The notes beneath the pieces are model-generated. The model had not been told where the DNA came from, ran no database searches, and was given only the letters and a program-made list of their open reading frames with translations. 64,000 bases of DNA from Dictyostelium discoideum (Eukaryota). A program made the translations under genes and the position numbers. This document shows positions 30,144 to 46,007 of the stretch, piece after piece. The DNA lies in assembly GCA_000004695.1 (NCBI GenBank), contig CM000153.2, forward strand, positions 1,088,001 to 1,152,000, read 5' to 3'. Position 1 is the stretch's first letter. Each line of letters opens with the position of its first letter.

Positions 30144-30345
30144 AAATTAAAAAATCAAAAAAAAAAATCCAACGAAGTCTCTTTTTTAAAATAAATTTAG
30201 GAAAATCCTTTCAAAATCTTTGTCAAATCTTCCAAGTTTTATGGAAAAAAAACATCAAACACTTTCAATTTTTTTTAATAAAATAAATAATAATAAAAAT
30301 TAAAATGGAAAAAATTCCTAGTTTAAAAAATAATAAATTTATTAT

Positions 30346-31815
<1,470 letters not shown>

Positions 31816-32156
31816 TTTTCTTTCTTTTTTTTTTTTTTTTTTTTAAAAAAAAGAGAAAATGAATATATAATTTTTTTCTTTTTTTTTTCTCTTCTTTATT
31901 GGTTTTTTTTTTTTTTTTTTTTTTTTTATTTATTTGTTAATGGATGAATTTCCCCTATTTATTAAAAAAATATAAAAAATAAAAATTATTATTTTTGGTC
32001 GAGTAAGAAAATAAAAAAAATAAAAATAAAAAAAATAAAAAAAAAAGTGAAAAAATGAAAAATAAAAAATTAAAAAAATAAAAAAAAAAATAAAAAAAGA
32101 ATGACGTGCTTGACTCAACACTATTGAAAAAAGTTGGAAAACCACATAAAATTAAT

Positions 32157-32188
<32 letters not shown>

Positions 32189-32332
32189 CTTCCCTTTTGA
32201 CTCCTCTATGGATTAATTGAATTTTGGGTCCTAGATTTTTTTTTTTCTTTTTTTTTTATTATTATATACTATTTTGGATTTTTATTATATTTTATTTTTT
32301 TTTTATGTTTTTTTTTCCATTATTTACTTATT

Positions 32333-33659
<1,327 letters not shown>

Positions 33660-33772
33660 TTATTATTATTTATTAATATTATTGTTATTATTAAAAAAAG
33701 AAAAAGAAAAAGAAAATAGAAATTAAAAAAAAAAAAAAAAAAAAAAAAGAAAATAAAAAAATTAAAAATTAA

Positions 33773-33809
<37 letters not shown>

Positions 33810-33918
33810 ATCGTTTTTTCAAAATTCCTATAATTTTTAAATTTTTATTTTTTTTTTTTTTTTTTTTTAAATTACACACACAATTTTCTAGAAAAAGAAA
33901 AATAATAAAATAATAATA

Positions 33919-34338
33919 ATGTCAGATAATCCAAATCCAGTAATTTATGTTGATAATGAAAATTGTAAATCATTTGAAGATAATGAAAATTCATTCAATT
34001 CATCAAGATATTCAATTGAAGAAGATCAAATTGACGAATTCGATGAACAAGAGATATTCGATTTAGTTAGAAGTATAACAGATCCAGAACATCCATTAAC
34101 ATTGGAACAATTAAATGTGGTTAGAATTGAAAATGTTAATATCAATTTGGAAAATAGTTATATTTTACTATATTTCACACCAACAGTTCCACATTGTTCA
34201 ATGGCAAATTTAATTGGTTTATCAATTAAAGAGAAATTAGCAAGATCCTTACCAAAAAGATTTAAAGTTGATGTTATTGTTACTCCTGGTAGTCATTCTT
34301 CTGAATCTTCAGGTAAACTTTTTATTATTATTATTAAT

Positions 34339-34379
<41 letters not shown>

Positions 34380-34534
34380 ACTAATTATAATTTATTTTCT
34401 CTCTCTCTCTCTCTCTCTCCCTCAATATTCTATGTAATAGTAAACAAACAATTAAATGATAAAGAAAGAGTTTCAGCAGCATTAGATACAAGTTCTTCAA
34501 TTTTAACAATTGTAAATGAATGTATAAAGCAAAA

Positions 34535-34538
<4 letters not shown>
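33919..34538 (+). CDS. MIP18/CIA2 (FAM96, DUF59) cytosolic Fe-S assembly factor, 2 exons: 33919-34312 and ~34441-34538
   Basis: [28 protein letters not shown]...[47 protein letters not shown]|[32 protein letters not shown]. The intron has a GTAAAC donor and contains a (CT)10 run. Confidence 0.8.
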
Positions 34539-34572
<34 letters not shown>

Positions 34573-34898
34573 ATAAATAGAAAAATAAAAATAAATTAAT
34601 TGTACATAGTAATTTTAAATAATAATAATAATAATTAAAAACAAAAATTTGGGGGGAAGAGGGGAGAGACAGGGGGAGGTAGGGTCGTCCATCATCGGAC
34701 TTTTTTCCCCCTCCTCTCTAAAGTTTCACTGTTTAGAGATTTATTTTTTTTTTATTTTTTATTTTTTTTTTATTTTATTTTTTTTTTTATTTTTTTTTTT
34801 ATTTTTTTTATTTTAAAGTTCAATTTTGTTTTTTTTTTATTTTTTTTATTTTTTATTTTTTTATTCAAGCACATTTAATTTAAACACATTCATATTAA

Positions 34899-34992
34899 AT
34901 GTTAAGAAAAATGGAAACAGTTATTAAAGCACTTGCTGAAAATAAAATCTCTGATGTTATTTCTTTTACACCAAGTAAATATAAAAAATATT

Positions 34993-35023
<31 letters not shown>

Positions 35024-35829
35024 TTTTTAAAATATTCCCAATTTAAAACTATTATTAATATTATTATTATTTTATTAATCCAAAAATAAAAAATAAATAA
35101 ATAAATAAATAAATAAAAAAAGAGAAATTATTAACAGTTAAATACAATGGTAAAGAATTAAATATTAATGATACATTAACACCAACAATTGTCCAAAATA
35201 AACCACATGTATCATGGGATGCCAAAAATGATGAATTATATACTTTAATTTTTGATGACCCAGATGCACCAACCAGATCTGATCCAAAATTCGGTCAATG
35301 GAAACATTGGTTAGTAACCAACATTAAAGGTAATGATATTTCAACTGGTCAAGAATTAGCTGTAAGTACATATTCCTCCCCCCTCCCACCCCTTTCTATA
35401 TTATAAGATTTTAACTAATTAACTAATTAATCAATTAATTAATTAATTTTATTAGAAATACATTGGATCAGGTCCACCACCAAAAACTGGTTTACACAGA
35501 TACATTTTCATCTTATGTAAACAACCAGGTACTGAAAATATTGAATTCAAAGGAGAACATATTTTACCACTTTCGTAATTATTATTATTTTTTTTATTAT
35601 TATTATTATTTTTATTATTATTTATTATTATTATTATATTAATTAATTGGATTTTATAAATTTAAATAGAGCTGAATTAAGAAATAATTGGAATGCTGAA
35701 ACTTTCATTAAAAAATGGAATTTAGAACCAGAAGCTATCAACTTTTATCAAGCTGAATATGATGATTATGTTCCACAACTCTATGCCAAATTAGGTGAAA
35801 CTCAAGATAAACCAGTTGAAATTAAATAA
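34899..35829 (+). CDS. Phosphatidylethanolamine-binding protein (PEBP/RKIP family), 4 exons: ~34899-34974, ~35138-35361, ~35456-35574, 35670-35829
   Basis: MLRKMETVIKALAENKISDVISFTP|IKYNGKELNINDTLTPTIVQNKPHVSWDAKNDELYTLIFDDPDAPTRSDPKFGQWKHWLVTNIKGNDISTGQELA|KYIGSGPPPKTGLHRYIFILCKQPG...ILPLS|AELRNNWNAETFIKKWNLEPEAINFYQAEYDDYVPQLYAKL. The DPDAP and GLHRY signature motifs are present. Confidence 0.8.
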
Positions 35830-36175
35830 ACAATTATTCAATATTCAACATTAACAAATAAGTAAATAAAGAAATTACCAAAAAATTTCCTTATTTGAAA
35901 ATAATAAATAAATTAATAAATAGATAATAATAAATAATAATTAAAAAAAGTGGGATGCGTATTTTTATTGAATTACTATCATTGTTTATAATAATAAGTT
36001 GTCGGTGTTGGTTGTTTAATTGATTGATTGATTGATTGTGTTGGTTGGTTGGGATTGTTTGATAAATTTAAATTGTTTCTGAAATATTATTTGTGTGTGT
36101 GTGGTGTATGTGTTATTCTATTCTATTCTATTATTATTTTTTTTTTTTTTATTATTTTATTTTATTTTATATTTT

Positions 36176-37447
<1,272 letters not shown>

Positions 37448-38398
37448 TTATGATGATGATGACGATGATGAGGATATTGTTGATGATGTTGATAATAAAT
37501 TAATCTGCTTTTTTTTGTTGTAGTCAAAAACAATGATTTTGAAATTTTAAAAAAAAAAATAAAAAAAAAAAAAAAAAAAATAAAATTTTTTTAAAAAAAA
37601 AAAAAATAAAAAAAAAATTCAAAAAAAAAAAAAAAAATTGAAAAATAAAAAAACATCCTCTGTCGGCTCATGAACATGAAAAAATAAATAAAAAAAAAAT
37701 GATTAAATAATAATCCATTGCACAAAATTCATTGTTTTAAATTTATATTTGCAAATTAAATTCTCAAATTTTAGTTTTTAATATTTTTAAAAATATAAAC
37801 TTTTAATTTTTTTTTTTTTTTTTAAAATGTTAAATTTTTAAAAATTATTTTATAAACCTTTTATTTTTTAAATTTTTTTTTTTTATTATGTATTTTGTAA
37901 ACCTTTTTTTTTTTTTTTTTTTTTTTATCTTTTAACACAAACCACACACACTTTTGTTTTGTATGTATATATATATTATATATATTTTTTTTTTCTTTTA
38001 CAAATAAAGTTTAGTAGATATAATTACAAATAAAAATAAAAAAATAAAAAAAAAAATAAAAAAAAAAAAAATGAAAAAAAAAAAACCTTTTAGAAATCAA
38101 AGTTCATTAATATTTTGTTGTTTTTAAAAGAAAAAATAAAAAAAAAAAAAAACATTAATAAAAAGGTAAATTTAATGTCACCAACAAATTACCATGTACA
38201 AATGAATCGTAAAATTTTATTTTGATATTTCCCAAAATGTGTCGCAATCTTTTTTTAAAATGATGATATTAAATAAAAAACAATAAAAAAACAATAAAAA
38301 AATAAAAACAAAACAAAACAAAACCAAAAAATCAGTTTTTTTTTTTTTTTATTTTTTTATTTTTTTTATTTTTTAATTTTAAAAAGTAATTTCAAAAA

Positions 38399-38432
<34 letters not shown>

Positions 38433-38532
38433 AAAAAAAAAAAAAATAACAAAATAAAAATAATTAATTATTTCATTTATTTATTTATTAATTAATTAAT
38501 TATAAAAAAAATAGAAAAAAAAAAAAAAAAGA

Positions 38533-39306
38533 ATGGAAGCTAAAACTCAATTTGAATTAATAACAATTAAAAGTGAAGATGGATTTGATGAAAACGAACT
38601 TTCAGTTTTATTAAAAAGTGATAGTGATTTTCATATGAATGGATTCATTTGGGGTCATTTGGCAGCAAAACATGTATATTCTAAATTAAATAGTAAATTG
38701 AAATCATTTGAACCAAAATCCAGATCAGAAATTAATGAAATGATTAAAGCAATTACAGCAGTGACCGAATTCATAGAAGTGCATTACTACCATGAAGAAG
38801 AGATAGCATGGAAGTTTTTAATTGAGCAACAGCAATGTCTATCGGAACCATTATTGACCATTGTCAAACCTCAACATACTCAATGGACTGAGATTAATAA
38901 TGAAATGAAGGATTTGGTGAAATCGTTGACTGAAAACCAAGAAATTAAAGATAAATCATCAAATGGATGGACTGAATCAATTTCAAAAGTGAAAGAAATC
39001 CTTCAAAAATTGACAGCTATGGTTTATAAAAGTTTTTATGATGAAGAAAGAATTATTATACCTGTTGTTTTAAGTTCAATCCCAAAGAGTAAACAAAATA
39101 AATTGGGTGAGAAAATGAATGAAACTATGAAAAATGCACCAACTTCTAAATTTGTTTTAGGTGCAATCTTGGATGTTTGCAAAACTAATAAAGATTTAGA
39201 TGAAAATGTTAAAAAGGCAATTCCATGGGCTGTTAGAAAAGTAATTTTCCCATTAGCTCTTGAAAAGAATTATAATTGGTTCTCAGAATTTGTTGAAATT
39301 AAATAA
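38533..39306 (+). CDS. Hypothetical protein of 257 aa, single exon; possibly a hemerythrin/HHE-like cation-binding fold
   Basis: ATG at 38533. Clean non-repetitive ORF with spaced His/Glu motifs: HMNGFIWGHLAAKH, EVHYYHEEEIAWKFLIEQ. No firm family assignment. Confidence 0.45.
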   Translation: MEAKTQFELITIKSEDGFDENELSVLLKSDSDFHMNGFIWGHLAAKHVYSKLNSKLKSFEPKSRSEINEMIKAITAVTEFIEVHYYHEEEIAWKFLIEQQQCLSEPLLTIVKPQHTQWTEINNEMKDLVKSLTENQEIKDKSSNGWTESISKVKEILQKLTAMVYKSFYDEERIIIPVVLSSIPKSKQNKLGEKMNETMKNAPTSKFVLGAILDVCKTNKDLDENVKKAIPWAVRKVIFPLALEKNYNWFSEFVEIK

Positions 39307-39839
39307 ATTTTTTTAAGAAATCTATTTTTATTTTTATTTTTGATTATTATTTTTTTTATTTATTTTAATTGTCTCTTTTTAGTACTATGGAAATGTTATC
39401 ATTTTTATTTTTTATTTTTTTATTTTTTTTTTATTTTTTTTTTTTAAAACTGGTTAAATTGATGTTATTTAAAACAAAATTAATTTTTTTTTCTTGTTTA
39501 GAATAAAAACAAAAAAAAAAATGTTTTGAATTAAAACAAAAAAAAAAAAAAAAATATCTTTTTTCGTGCATTTTCATGAAAAAAAAACAAGATTTTTTAA
39601 TTTTTTTGTTTTAATTCAAAATAAATAAACAGGGTAAATTAAACCAGGAATGAAAATTTTTGATGGGTGGAAAAAATAAAAAAAAAAAAAAAAAAAATGA
39701 ATTGAAAAATTAAACAGTAAAAAAAAAAAAAAAACCAAAAAAAAAAAAAAAAAAAAATTAATATCAACGAAAAATATTATTAAGTTAAAAAAGAAGAAAA
39801 TTAAACAAATTAAAAAAATCGAAAAACCAAATAAATATA

Positions 39840-40197
39840 ATAAAATAATTAATAAAATAAAACAGATTAATTAAAAATAAATAAATATATTAATATTTAA
39901 ATAAATTAATAAATATATAAATAAATAAATAAATAAATAAATAAAATTAATTAAAAAAATTAATAAATAAATAAATTAATAAATAAATAAATAATAAATA
40001 AACAAATAAACAAATAAATAAACAAATAAAATTAATTAAATAAAAATTAATAAAAAATAAATAAATTATAAAAAAAAAAAAAAATAAATAAATAAATAAT
40101 AAATAAACAAATAAACAAATAAATAAACAAATAAAATTAATTTAATAAAAATTAATAAAAAATAAATAAATTATAAAAAAAAAAAAATATATATATA

Positions 40198-40250
<53 letters not shown>
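39840..40250. repeat. Complex AT-rich tandem repeat ((AAAT)n and (AAATAAAC)n), including a direct duplication of about 95 bp at ~39990-40080 and ~40085-40180
   Basis: The unit aaataataaataaacaaataaacaaataaataaacaaataaaattaat...taaaaattaataaaaaataaataaattataaaaaaaaaa recurs nearly verbatim. The repeat ends just before the ATG at 40255. Confidence 0.7.
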
Positions 40251-40252
<2 letters not shown>

Positions 40253-40254
40253 AA

Positions 40255-40694
40255 ATGAAAATATTTAAAAAAGTATTTTTATTTATTTTAATGATAACGA
40301 TATCATTCCTAAATATAGTTAAATCTACAGAAATTGATGAAAATAATAATAATAATAATAATAATAATTCGACATCATCATCAGAAAAAATAATAAAAGG
40401 AAAAGAAGATGAGGAAGAATTAAAAAATGCATTTTCAAGTTCAGTAATACCACCAACTGATCATAATAGTGAATTAAGAAGGAAAAAAGTTATAGCATCA
40501 ACAATTACTTTATTTGCATTTATTATTTTAGTACTTATAGTTAGTATTGTGGTTCGTCATGTTTTAAAAAAAAAGAAAAGAACAAAAAATAATTTTATAT
40601 TTTTAGATGATCAAAGTTTAAATGATTGTAACATAGAATTAAATGTATCATCTGAATACTTTTGTGATGAAAATAAATTATTAACCACCCACGA

Positions 40695-40698
<4 letters not shown>
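40255..40698 (+). CDS. Small hypothetical type I membrane protein of 147 aa
   Basis: Signal peptide [24 protein letters not shown], an N9 tract, TM helix [22 protein letters not shown] followed by the stop-transfer HVLKKKKR, and a short tail containing Cys. Confidence 0.45.
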
Positions 40699-40736
<38 letters not shown>

Positions 40737-41042
40737 AATTAAAAAAAAAAAGAAATTTCATTTTTTAAACACTCCCTTTTTTTATTTTTTTTATATTTTA
40801 ATTTTTAATTTTTAATCCTTTTTGGTAAAAGGATAAAAATAAAATTTTATTTTTTATTTTTTACTTTTTTATATTTTATATTTTAATAAATTTAAATCAA
40901 ATTTAATTAAATTTAAATAATAACTACCAACACATTATAATTATAAATTAATTAATTATAAAAAATAAAATAAAATAAAATAAAACAAAAAATTTGTAAA
41001 AATAAATTAATAATTCATTTATTTTTTTATATTTTTATATAT

Positions 41043-41090
<48 letters not shown>

Positions 41091-41094
<4 letters not shown>

Positions 41095-41640
41095 ATATTT
41101 GAAATGAATAATAATGAAATGATTAATATGATTAAAATTGATAATAATAGATTTTGAAAGATATTTCTAGCATCAGAGTATTGATGAGTATCATCAGATT
41201 GAGTTAGATATTTGAATACTTTTGATATACCACTTTTACCATGGGTTGTAACATTGATAAATATGATTTCACCATTTTTAATATTATTAAATGTATTATT
41301 TGTTGCTTGAATAAAACATGTAATCATTGTATCATTAATATACTTTGGTTCATTACAATTTAAAATATCACTACCATTACCATTACTATTACTACCAACT
41401 ATTGTTACTTTATCAATTGGATAATAGAAATCATTACCAATAATTGTTAAAATACCTCCTTGTTTTAAATTAACAATACTAGTTTGATTAATTGGTGGTG
41501 ATTTATAGATTATATTAAATGTTGATACTATTTTATTATTATCATTATTACTAAATGATAATGTACAAGTTTTATCATTTGGACGATTTAATTTAATGTT
41601 GCATTCTATTGATGTACTATTATTTAATTTACATTCGTAT
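41091..41640 (-). other. Open frame of about 183 codons with no start codon and a TAA immediately upstream; only its last 78 codons appear in the ORF track. It encodes an IPT/TIG-like beta-rich segment and a C-terminal TM helix. It is probably the terminal exon of an unannotated gene or a gene remnant
   Basis: The minus frame reads ...KCIDSKLIRYECKLNNSTSIECNIKLNRPNDKTCTLSFSNNDNNKIVSTFNIIYKSPPINQTSIVNLKQGGILTIIGNDFYYPIDKVTIVGSN...DILNCNEPKYINDTMITCFIQATNNTFNNIKNGEIIFINVTTHGKSG...IFQNLLLSILIILIISLLFISNI*. There is no ATG and a TAA lies immediately upstream. The nearest in-phase acceptor is aataatag. Confidence 0.3.
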
Positions 41641-42146
41641 CGAATAAGTTTGGAATCGATACATTTTTAAAAATTGGTATTAATTAATATTTTTTAAAAT
41701 TTAAATAAAAAAAAATAAAAATTGGTGTAAGTGGGTTTTAAGAACTTTTTTTCTATTTTTAACTTTGAATTGCATAATGATGTTTTAAATAGAAATGATA
41801 ACAATTTTTTTTTTTTTTTTTAATTTTTTTTTTTTTATTTTTTAATTATAAAAAAGACTTTATATGGCCAGCTTCTTCATCAAATAATAATAATAATAAT
41901 AATAATAACAATAATGATGTAGCTTGTTCATCAAAGAATAATAATAATAATTATAATAATAACAATAATAATAATAATAATAAAAATAATAGAAATAATA
42001 ATTATTATAATCATAATCAAATCCAAAATCAAAGTCAAAACCACAACAGAGGTATAGTAGATAATAGGATTAATAGTAATAATAGTTTAAGTATCAGAGA
42101 CAGCAACGGCAGAAACAGAGATAATGGCTGCGATATTAATAATTAT

Positions 42147-42262
<116 letters not shown>

Positions 42263-42787
42263 TAAATTAAAATTAAATTAAAATAAAATTAATAGGCAAA
42301 ATTATCAATAATCTTTTATTACTATTTATTATTTATTATTTATTAACTTGTAGTTTTAAAATGATTAGATAAATCTTGGACATTGAATTTTTCCAAATTA
42401 AATCTTGTATTTATATAACTTTCAGGAATGATTGGATATAGATGGTTGACTCTTTTGTTTATTATATTGACCATTAAAAGTTGATAATAAATTATTTTGT
42501 TGTGATTGTTGTTGTAGTTGTTGTGCTTGTAATGCTGCTTTCTTTTTTAGTTAAAATTGTAATTGTTTGAACTGGTTGTTTTTGACTTTGATGCTGTTGT
42601 TGTTGTTGTTGTTGTCCTCTAGAGGTGAAGTAGGTGGAGAAATTGGATAAGGTGAATATTGATTATTTACCTGTAAATTATTAGTCTTATTTTTATTATT
42701 TGATTTTGGTGAAACATTTTATTGTTGTTGTTGTTGTTATTGTTGATTATTATTATTTGGTGTTTGAGGTTGTATTTGTTGCACCTG

Positions 42788-43012
42788 TTACCAATTGTTG
42801 GTAGGTGAATTGATTACCACCCATTCAATTTTACCAATTTCTTTTCTAGTACGTGGATAGAAGTAAGTCTCTTTGAAAACTTCACGAATTGCACAAACTG
42901 AATCGGGTTCATCCTTATTGACTTTACCTTTCGGGAAACCTATTGTTACTACCATTTCCCTTAAACGAATGTTGTTCAAATAATGCTTGATGATGGGGAT
43001 GCATATGAGGTG
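42788..43012 (-). pseudogene. Fragment of an mRNA-decapping enzyme Dcp2-like Nudix domain, truncated and internally deleted; a likely pseudogene or gene relic
   Basis: The minus frame ...IPIIKHYLNNIRLREMVVTIGFPKGKVNKDEPDSVCAIREVFKETYFYPRTRKEIGKIEWVV...* matches the Dcp2 Nudix box (GFPKGKVNKEE....CAAREVFEETGFD). It lacks the roughly 35 residues between REVFEETG and ...TRREIRNIEW and has no Box A. It is bounded by stops (TAA upstream, TAA at 42788). The flanking Q/N/P-rich sequence is full of in-frame stops. Confidence 0.45.
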
Positions 43013-43709
43013 GCATTAACATACCATCTGACTCATGCATTGAATCCGTTTGTATGTGAATGAGGTGGTGCTGGTGCAAACATATTATTTGGTGGTTGCA
43101 TAAAATGATGTGGTGACATTATTTGTTGTGGTAGTGACTGTGGTTGAAATTGTTTCAAAATTAATAATTCAGAAGTAATGTTTATCGTCTTACTATTTTG
43201 GTATTTTTATATAATAATTTCAGTTTTTTTAAGTTTCATTAATTTTTATAATCTTATAAACACTTTTTTTTATATAAAAAGAAATTTAATTCTAAAAATG
43301 GTTATATACGATTAGAAATTAATTATCATAATAATAATAAAAAAAAAAAAAAAAAAAAAAATTATTAATAATTTTGAAAATAATAACAATTACAACAACA
43401 ACAACAAAAATAAAAATAATATAAACCAACCTCTACAATTACATTCATTGGTGATGATCTAATCATTAACAATTTGGGAAAAAAAAAAAAAAATGAATTA
43501 AAAAAAAAAAAAAAAATAAAAATAAAAATAATTGTGTTAATAAAATTATTATATCTTAAAATATGAAAAATAAAATTAAATAAATTAGATATCACCAACA
43601 AGAATTTAAACAAAAAAAAAAAAAAAAAAAAAAAAAAAATTAAAAAAAAAAAAATTTAATTATTATCAATTTAATAATAAATATCTTGAATTTAAAATTA
43701 TTTTATAAT

Positions 43710-43746
<37 letters not shown>

Positions 43747-44284
43747 GAATCAACCCAATTAATTTATTTTGGGTTAAATTTAAAAATAAAAAAAAAGAAT
43801 AATTGTGTATTATTATTTTTGTTTAGTTACTAATATATACTAATTACTTTAAAATATTGGGTGTAAATAATATTATCATAAAATTAAAAATAGAAATAAA
43901 AAAAAATAATTAAAATAAAAAAAAAAATAAAAAAAAATAAAAAAAAATAAAAAAAAAAATAAAAAAAATAAAAAAAAAAATACGTTTTCTATAACTGATA
44001 AACCAAAATCATTTTCAAATAAAATTTTCCAAAAAAAAAAAAAAAAAAAAATTCAAAATAAATTCAGAAAAAAATTAAAAAAAAAAAAAAAAAAAAATTC
44101 TGATAGTGTGCGACCACAGAATTTTATTTTTAATATTATTTTTATTTTTTTTTTTATATATTAATATCTCAAAAATATAAAACCAATAAAAAAAAAAAAA
44201 AAAAAAAAAAAAAATTAAAATTTTTATTTTTTATACAACCAAAACTATATAAATAAATATATATAAATATAATTACAATTTAAA

Positions 44285-45349
44285 ATGTACTCACCAGAAG
44301 ATTTAGAATATAGAGAACAACAACGTTTAAGTAAAGCATTACAAGGTAAATTAGGTGGTGCAAGCTCAAGAAAATCATGGGCACCAGTTGTAACAGGTAA
44401 ACCACAAACACATAGTGCACCAGTTAATAGTTCATTTGCATCAATTTCAATTTCAGATAAGCACCACGAATCACCATCAACAACAACATCATCACCATCA
44501 ACATCATCAGGTGTTGATAATAGTTCAATCTATCCAGGTGCAATCGTTGAGGATAAAGTTAAATCACAAGAAGCACACCGTTTGAAAAAGATGGGTCTTT
44601 CAACTGAAGAAGATGAATCAACCGCTCATATTCCAGCATATACTTCATTAAATTCATCATCCTCATCCACCATCTCAAAGAGTAATAGCAATCAAAGCCT
44701 TGCAAAGGAAACCAGTAGTAACAACCTCTTGCAATATCAATCACCAGTTAGAGTAGCCAGCTCAACATCATCTGAGAATTTAGTCGATAGTGCTTCCATT
44801 ATGAACAACGTTGATTCTCATACCTCTGAAGAGAAAATGAAGCAAGAGGCAAAGAGATTAGAAAGATGGGGTTTAAAGATTAACTCACCAACTGCTACCT
44901 CACCAAGCACTACCTCACCACCAGTCTCTAGTACCACTCCGGTTGCACCAGTGACTCCAACCGAACAATCTGTACCACAATCTCCATTCTCAACTGGTGC
45001 TGCCGTCTCTGTCAATCAAAGTCATAGCAATCTCCCAATCGCTACTACCCAACAATTCCTTGATCGTATCGTTCTCTCTGCTAAATCCGTTAAACAAATC
45101 ATTCAAAAGAAAACCTCTAATCGTGATATTGTCATCTCTATTCTCATGGATTTAGTAAAGGAATCTGCAAACTTTGGTATGACTCTCTCTTCAACTACCC
45201 CAATGTCTTTCGATATCTCTCAAAATGCTGGTAAACTCGCTGGTGCTGTCAATGAATTAGTTAAAGACACTGCTCACGAAAATAATAAAATCTTTGATGA
45301 AATTCAAGTACTCTTAGGTTTATTATATTTAGCTGTTGTTGCTAATTAG
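44285..45349 (+). CDS. Hypothetical Ser/Thr/Pro-rich protein of 354 aa with a conserved-looking alpha-helical C-terminal domain; single exon
   Basis: ATG in a tttaaaATG context. The N-terminal part is S/T-rich, with repeated KRLE(R/K)WGL/KKMGL motifs (EAHRLKKMGLSTEEDE ... EAKRLERWGLKINSP). The C-terminus is TQQFLDRIVLSAKSVKQIIQKKTSNRDIVISILMDLVKESANFGMTLSS...LAGAVNELVKDTAHENNKIFDEIQVLLGLLYLAVVAN*. C-ending codons such as TCC, ACC, GGT and CTC are notably enriched compared with neighbouring genes. Confidence 0.55.
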   Translation: MYSPEDLEYREQQRLSKALQGKLGGASSRKSWAPVVTGKPQTHSAPVNSSFASISISDKHHESPSTTTSSPSTSSGVDNSSIYPGAIVEDKVKSQEAHRLKKMGLSTEEDESTAHIPAYTSLNSSSSSTISKSNSNQSLAKETSSNNLLQYQSPVRVASSTSSENLVDSASIMNNVDSHTSEEKMKQEAKRLERWGLKINSPTATSPSTTSPPVSSTTPVAPVTPTEQSVPQSPFSTGAAVSVNQSHSNLPIATTQQFLDRIVLSAKSVKQIIQKKTSNRDIVISILMDLVKESANFGMTLSSTTPMSFDISQNAGKLAGAVNELVKDTAHENNKIFDEIQVLLGLLYLAVVAN

Positions 45350-45892
45350 AGAAAAAAAAAAAAAAAAAAAAAAAAAATAATAAAAATAATAAAAATAAAA
45401 ACCATTAAAAATTTGTAAATTAAATGAAATAAGGTTTTTTTTTTTTTTTCTCTAAAAATAAATATGAAAATAAGTTTATTTTATTTTAATTAATAACTAC
45501 TTTTATAAATTAATTGTACAAATATAAAATAAAAGATTAATTAAAATAATTTATATTGTTTATTTTTTTTTTTTTTTTTTCAATTATTTTTATTTTAAAA
45601 TTAAAAGTTAATTATTAATAATTTATAGATAATATAAAATAAAATAAAATAAAAGAAAATTTATTTAAAGAGAGAAAGTAAAATTTATTAATGAATGGGA
45701 GTTGTCAATTATTATTTTTTTCTTTTTTTTTGGGAAGATATTTTATTTATCCAAAATTATAATGAAAATTTAAATTTGGTAAGATTTAAGGAAAAAAAAA
45801 ATAAAAAAAAAGAAAATTTAATTAATTAATAAATATAACGCTCCTTTACTTTTTAAATTATTAATAATTATTTCTCAAAAAATAACGAATTG

Positions 45893-45924
<32 letters not shown>

Positions 45925-46007
45925 TTTTCTTTTTAGCACATCAAAAAGTTATCGTTTTTTTTTTTTTTATTTTTTTTTATTTGTTTTTATTTTCAATAAA
46001 GAAAGAA

